The translations under genes were made by a program, and so were the position numbers. A stretch of DNA of 64,000 nucleotides, from NCBI GenBank assembly GCA_050953105.1, contig JBMNMA010000009.1, forward strand, positions 261,143 to 325,142, written 5' to 3'. Positions 60,272 to 64,000 of this stretch are shown here, one piece after another; the stretch's first letter is position 1; each line of letters starts with the position of its first letter. The DNA comes from Eubacteriales bacterium (GTDB taxonomy: Bacteria > Bacillota > Clostridia > Oscillospirales > CAG-382). Below the pieces are notes generated by a model. The model made no database searches. It worked only from the letters and a program-made list of their open reading frames with translations, and was not told the origin of the DNA.

Positions 60272-61411
60272 TTAAGAAAGAAAATCCGTACTGTCATAAC
60301 CATAAGCCTTCTTGTACTGCTCCTTTGCCTCAATAGTGAGGGTGAGATTTTTATAATAGGTGCCTTTATTGGTATGAACGGTCATCTCCTTAAAGGTGCA
60401 GCCGAGATGGGATGCCAATGTCTCTCTGAACTCTTTGGCTGTCTTGGCAAAGCCGTTATTGTTGTCATGGCACCATGCCCTGTAAACATCATAGATGCGG
60501 CTCGTTGTAGCGGAATCATTAAACTTGCCTTCTGACCGCTCGCACATACATTCCTCATAGAAGGAGATCACAGTATTGTTCTCTGACATATATTGCTCTC
60601 TTGCAAGGCTTACACTGTCCGGCTCGGGAAAGCTGTACCCGTTTGCAATAACCGTCTGCAGCGCCATAACAGCCTTGTAGACGATGCCATCACGCTCGGC
60701 ATACATTTTGTCAAGGAGTGTTTTGTCCTGCTTGTCCTTTGGAATGACATTAGGGCAGCGCACCACCATGATGCGGTCATAGACCCATTTGCCATCATCG
60801 CCGCCAAACTTGGGAAGTCTGTTCATGCAAAACCAGAGCAGCCCGTTGTAGGTGAACTCAAAGGCCTGCTGTCCTTTGAACTCGGCATATAGGCTGTCGC
60901 CGCCGGTAATTTTCTTAAATGTTTTCAACTCATCTACGGATAAAAAACTCATATCAGAGCTACCGGCAAGGCGTGTGCCATATATCGCGCCGGTGCCGAA
61001 ACGCGCTTCAATCTCCTTAAGGTCGATTCCTATAAAGTTACCCTTGCCGAGCAACCGCTCTACAAGACTCTTTAGCTGAGATTTGCCGGTGTCGCCATCG
61101 CCGACAAGGAAAAGCGCTTTTTTCATTCGCCATCCCTTGATGTTGGAGATGCATACACCGATAAACTCAAGGAGCAGGTGTTCTATGGCCTTGTCTCCGT
61201 CCGTGAGGGTGTGCATATACCTGTCGAAGACCGGCGTGGGCGTTTCCCTTCCCGACCAGTTGCACGGAATCTGAATGGTGGAGAGGATATCCGGGGAGTG
61301 TGGTAGAAGAATGGCATTATCTGCAGTGATACGGAGCAGGCCATTCCTGAAGTTGATTAAATCCTCATCGGCATTTAGCTCGCCGTTTTGTCCACCTCCT
61401 CTCCGCTGCAT
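60272..61411 (-). CDS. P4/D5-family primase-helicase, SF3 helicase part only (N-terminal primase domain absent)
   Basis: INFRNGLL, LLPHSPD..ST.QIP (D5_N), GDGDTGKS Walker A, KKITGGD, NRLP, DRIMVVRC. Confidence 0.85.
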   Translation of the reverse strand: MQRRGGGQNGELNADEDLINFRNGLLRITADNAILLPHSPDILSTIQIPCNWSGRETPTPVFDRYMHTLTDGDKAIEHLLLEFIGVCISNIKGWRMKKALFLVGDGDTGKSQLKSLVERLLGKGNFIGIDLKEIEARFGTGAIYGTRLAGSSDMSFLSVDELKTFKKITGGDSLYAEFKGQQAFEFTYNGLLWFCMNRLPKFGGDDGKWVYDRIMVVRCPNVIPKDKQDKTLLDKMYAERDGIVYKAVMALQTVIANGYSFPEPDSVSLAREQYMSENNTVISFYEECMCERSEGKFNDSATTSRIYDVYRAWCHDNNNGFAKTAKEFRETLASHLGCTFKEMTVHTNKGTYYKNLTLTIEAKEQYKKAYGYDSTDFLS

Positions 61412-61423
61412 TTTGTGCTTCCA

Positions 61424-61600
61424 TTATTCATTCGCCGAGTTTATGACCAGCCACTCCTTAAAGGCTTCAACCGGAATCAGGATTCTCGTACCAACTCGTA
61501 TGACTGGAAATCCCTGCTTTTTTACAAGTTCATAGGCCTTCGGCAGACTAATGCCCATCTGCGCCGACAGTTCCTGCACACTCATGGTCGTCTTTTCCAT
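61424..61600 (-). CDS. Excisionase-like HTH_17 protein
   Basis: MSVQELSAQMGISLPKAYELVK..GFPVIRVG.RILIP..AFKEW; AGGAGG RBS. Confidence 0.88.
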   Translation of the reverse strand: MEKTTMSVQELSAQMGISLPKAYELVKKQGFPVIRVGTRILIPVEAFKEWLVINSANE

Positions 61601-61832
61601 ATACTCTTTCCTCCTTATCTTGATAGTTGTTTCGGTTTCCACATCCACCATTCGCTACCGTTCCTAAGGCAGCCACCTGCTCGTGGTCTCCCCGTATCCG
61701 ATTGCAGCAGAAGCGCTCCGGCTTTCACCATCGTGGCGGCTACGCTGCAAAAGTATCTCTTGCGGGCGGACTATTCAGTTGTCAAGGATCCGGAAATTAA
61801 GTGGTTTTACAATTTGTTCTTGTATTCAATGC

Positions 61833-61878
61833 CATTGTATAATACAATGTAAGTGATGTTAAATTTTCATCGCTTACA
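61833..61878. promoter_or_regulatory. Inverted repeats over divergent promoters
   Basis: CATTGTAT-A-ATACAATG (contains TATAAT) and TGTAAGTGATG-N9-CATCGCTTACA. Confidence 0.6.
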
Positions 61879-61907
61879 ATAACGATTACATTCAAAGGAT
61901 GATTGCC

Positions 61908-62858
61908 ATGAAAAAACTACCGGTAGAAAATCTCGGTTTCGTTGAAATTGGCGGCGTTGGCGAGATGATATATAGGGCTGTGCGATTTCCCGAGTATATC
62001 ACGGACTATGACAATGACGGCGAAATAATTAAACCTATCTTCACAGGGGGCCATGCTCCGGAAAGCGGTACTGATTACTCCTTAACCGGGCAGGAACTAT
62101 TGGTCAGCCTATGTAATCTTTACGGAAAATTAAATAACCCAGACAGCACTGTTCCGGTTACAGATGCCGTCTGGGATTGGTGCAGAAACAATATTCACCC
62201 CTACAACATAGACAGTCTTTATGAAATGCTGGATAGCGAGAAGTTTGCACATATAACGTACATGGATTTGATTCAGAAAGATGCCACATTCTATGTAGAT
62301 CAATTCATAAAGGATCTATGCAGTCTGGGTACTGTATTTGAGCTTTACTTTGCCTTGAGAAGGGTTAAATACTACGGAGAAATCGACTACGCAAGGAATC
62401 TTTATTATGAAGGCAGGCTTTGCGACAGCCTCGCTTTTCTTGAAAGACACCGACAATACGAGGATGATGAGGAATACAAGGCCCGTATATTAGAGAATTA
62501 CAATGAACACATATCCCAAGTGATTGATATGTTCCCGGACTTCCGTATGAGACTGAAATTGGATAAGAAAACCGGGAAAGTGATGTACGGCGCCGACATT
62601 CAATCGGTATTCGATATTTGCTGGTACACCTTTTCCAGAATGGTAGCAGACGTTGCACCACCAGTAGATGAAGACCTTAACTATTTTGAATCGCAAGGCA
62701 CGATACTGTCATGCCTTGCCTGCGGGAAATACTTTGTGCGGCATTCAAGCCGCCAGTTATATTGTAATAATTGGGATTGCCAGGCCGAGCGTAATCGAAA
62801 AAACAGGCGAGCAAGCTATGCAAGAAAGAAGGCGGCGGGAGTAAAGAACAAGGAATAA
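61908..62858 (+). CDS. Hypothetical protein with a C-terminal CGNR-like Zn finger
   Basis: CLACGKYF..HSSRQLYC..WDCQAERNRKNRR; divergent from the xis/rep operon. Confidence 0.7.
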   Translation: MKKLPVENLGFVEIGGVGEMIYRAVRFPEYITDYDNDGEIIKPIFTGGHAPESGTDYSLTGQELLVSLCNLYGKLNNPDSTVPVTDAVWDWCRNNIHPYNIDSLYEMLDSEKFAHITYMDLIQKDATFYVDQFIKDLCSLGTVFELYFALRRVKYYGEIDYARNLYYEGRLCDSLAFLERHRQYEDDEEYKARILENYNEHISQVIDMFPDFRMRLKLDKKTGKVMYGADIQSVFDICWYTFSRMVADVAPPVDEDLNYFESQGTILSCLACGKYFVRHSSRQLYCNNWDCQAERNRKNRRASYARKKAAGVKNKE

Positions 62859-62866
62859 AAATTGAA

Positions 62867-62903
62867 CTCGCTACCAGCCACATGGTATGAGTATGGTAGC
62901 GAG
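62867..62903. terminator. Hairpin between convergent genes
   Basis: CTCGCTACCA/TGGTAGCGAG 10-bp stem. Confidence 0.55.
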
Positions 62904-62917
62904 ACAGATGTGGTTTA

Positions 62918-64000
62918 TTAATCTCTCTTTAATATTTCACACAGAGGCAGAATTTCTTCCAGCTTTTTAACAATGCGCTTTTGCTCTGCGAGGGGCGGGA
63001 GAGGTATTAGTGCATTTTTCAACATATCTTGCGTTATTTGATTAATGGTGGTAGTACCAGTATCTTCAAGCAAGGAATTCCTGAAATATGCTGAATTTAT
63101 TACATGAAGAACATACGGATTGCAAATACTTCTATAAACTGCCATGAATGCGCCGAAGCTCATGCCTTCTCGATCCACAATTGCAGCTTTGCCTACAAGC
63201 CGTTTGCTGCCATTCCGAGCGCAAATTAAAATATCACCTATATGGCACATCTTGTTTTCGGGAATATCCATATTGACTCTTACAATATCTTCATAGTCCA
63301 TCTGACCATCTCGGATATTGTTGGATCGTAGCACAATTGTACCATCACTTGTTTGATTCTGAGGACTATATGTTAGGCCAATATTTGTATAACCAATTTC
63401 ACCTAATTTAACCCACTTCCAACTCTCTGGAATATCAAACGGTATCTCAGCCTCTGAAATTTCTGGCAATGGTTTTTCTTTTTTGATTTTTCCTTCCTTA
63501 ATAAGTCTTTGCTTTTCAACCTGAATCTGTTGATAAAGCTCCTCGGCTGTGCCTTCCTCCGGGCGCTGTTCGACCAGTTTGCCCCGGATTGCTAACTGGA
63601 GGATGGATTTATGCAGATCGCTCGGGAAACGCTTATTGAGCTCTTCAAGCTTGCTCCATGCCTTATCATAGCGCTCGATATACGGCATCAATTCATCGAT
63701 TTTTGCAACAATGCGCTTTTGCTCGGCAAGTGGTGGGAGGGGAACAGAAAGTTTGTGCAAAACCTTTGAAGATAAACCTTGAATTCCAATCCCTTTTCCA
63801 TTTATAAGACCTGCATTTTTGTACAAAAAGAAAATATAATAAAAGAACTCAATACAGATTTCATTAAATGGACGTAATCTGTGTATATGATTCTGAATAC
63901 GCATAGGAAAATCATAATTCCAGATAGCTGCTCTTCCAATATCGCCACCTTCTAGAACTAATAAATCTCCTTTTTGAACAGTACATTTTTCAATTTCAGC
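62918..64000 (-). CDS. hsdS: Type I restriction-modification specificity subunit (5' end outside the window)
   Basis: Frame open to the window edge (KGDLLVLEGGDIGRAAIW), two PLPPLAEQKRIV repeats, EIPFDIPESWKWVKLG linker. Confidence 0.92.
   Translation of the reverse strand, partial: AEIEKCTVQKGDLLVLEGGDIGRAAIWNYDFPMRIQNHIHRLRPFNEICIEFFYYIFFLYKNAGLINGKGIGIQGLSSKVLHKLSVPLPPLAEQKRIVAKIDELMPYIERYDKAWSKLEELNKRFPSDLHKSILQLAIRGKLVEQRPEEGTAEELYQQIQVEKQRLIKEGKIKKEKPLPEISEAEIPFDIPESWKWVKLGEIGYTNIGLTYSPQNQTSDGTIVLRSNNIRDGQMDYEDIVRVNMDIPENKMCHIGDILICARNGSKRLVGKAAIVDREGMSFGAFMAVYRSICNPYVLHVINSAYFRNSLLEDTGTTTINQITQDMLKNALIPLPPLAEQKRIVKKLEEILPLCEILKRD

Overview
This is a chromosomal window from a spore-forming Clostridia bacterium, probably Oscillospiraceae/Ruminococcaceae-like (inferred from sigG, yunB, a cwlD-like amidase and gene content). 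Positions 1-53.6 kb are mostly housekeeping and metabolic genes: sipW-like peptidase, trmB (one-base frameshift in an A9 run), murE-dapF, Na+-pumping oxaloacetate decarboxylase operon, TPP riboswitch-thiT, tRNA-Ser(GGA), radA, a large GHL10 lipoprotein, potABCD, a two-component pair, sigG, ftsH-tilS-dnaB-rplI-gdpP, a topo IV-like pair, trpS, a pduL/IscU-like/GGGtGRT operon and typA. The last 10 kb hold two accessory modules. (1) 53.8-56.3 kb is a tightly coupled operon under a c-di-GMP-I riboswitch. It encodes an unknown secreted protein, a minimal nucleotidyltransferase, a cupin+HD-GYP gene broken by many single-base indels, and a HEPN protein. The MNT/HEPN pair is reversed and split by a predicted cyclic-dinucleotide phosphodiesterase. 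(2) From about 56.37 kb past the window end lies a phage-satellite-like element. It has a TnpX-type large serine recombinase plus TnpW, a cos-like site, a lone HK97-type capsid gene lacking most of the scaffolding domain, a mirror-symmetric GTGACAG iteron origin, an N-terminally truncated P4-type primase-helicase, an excisionase-like HTH, a divergent Zn-finger protein and a type I RM hsdS. No terminase, portal, tail or relaxase gene is visible. All family assignments come from motif recognition; no database searches were run.
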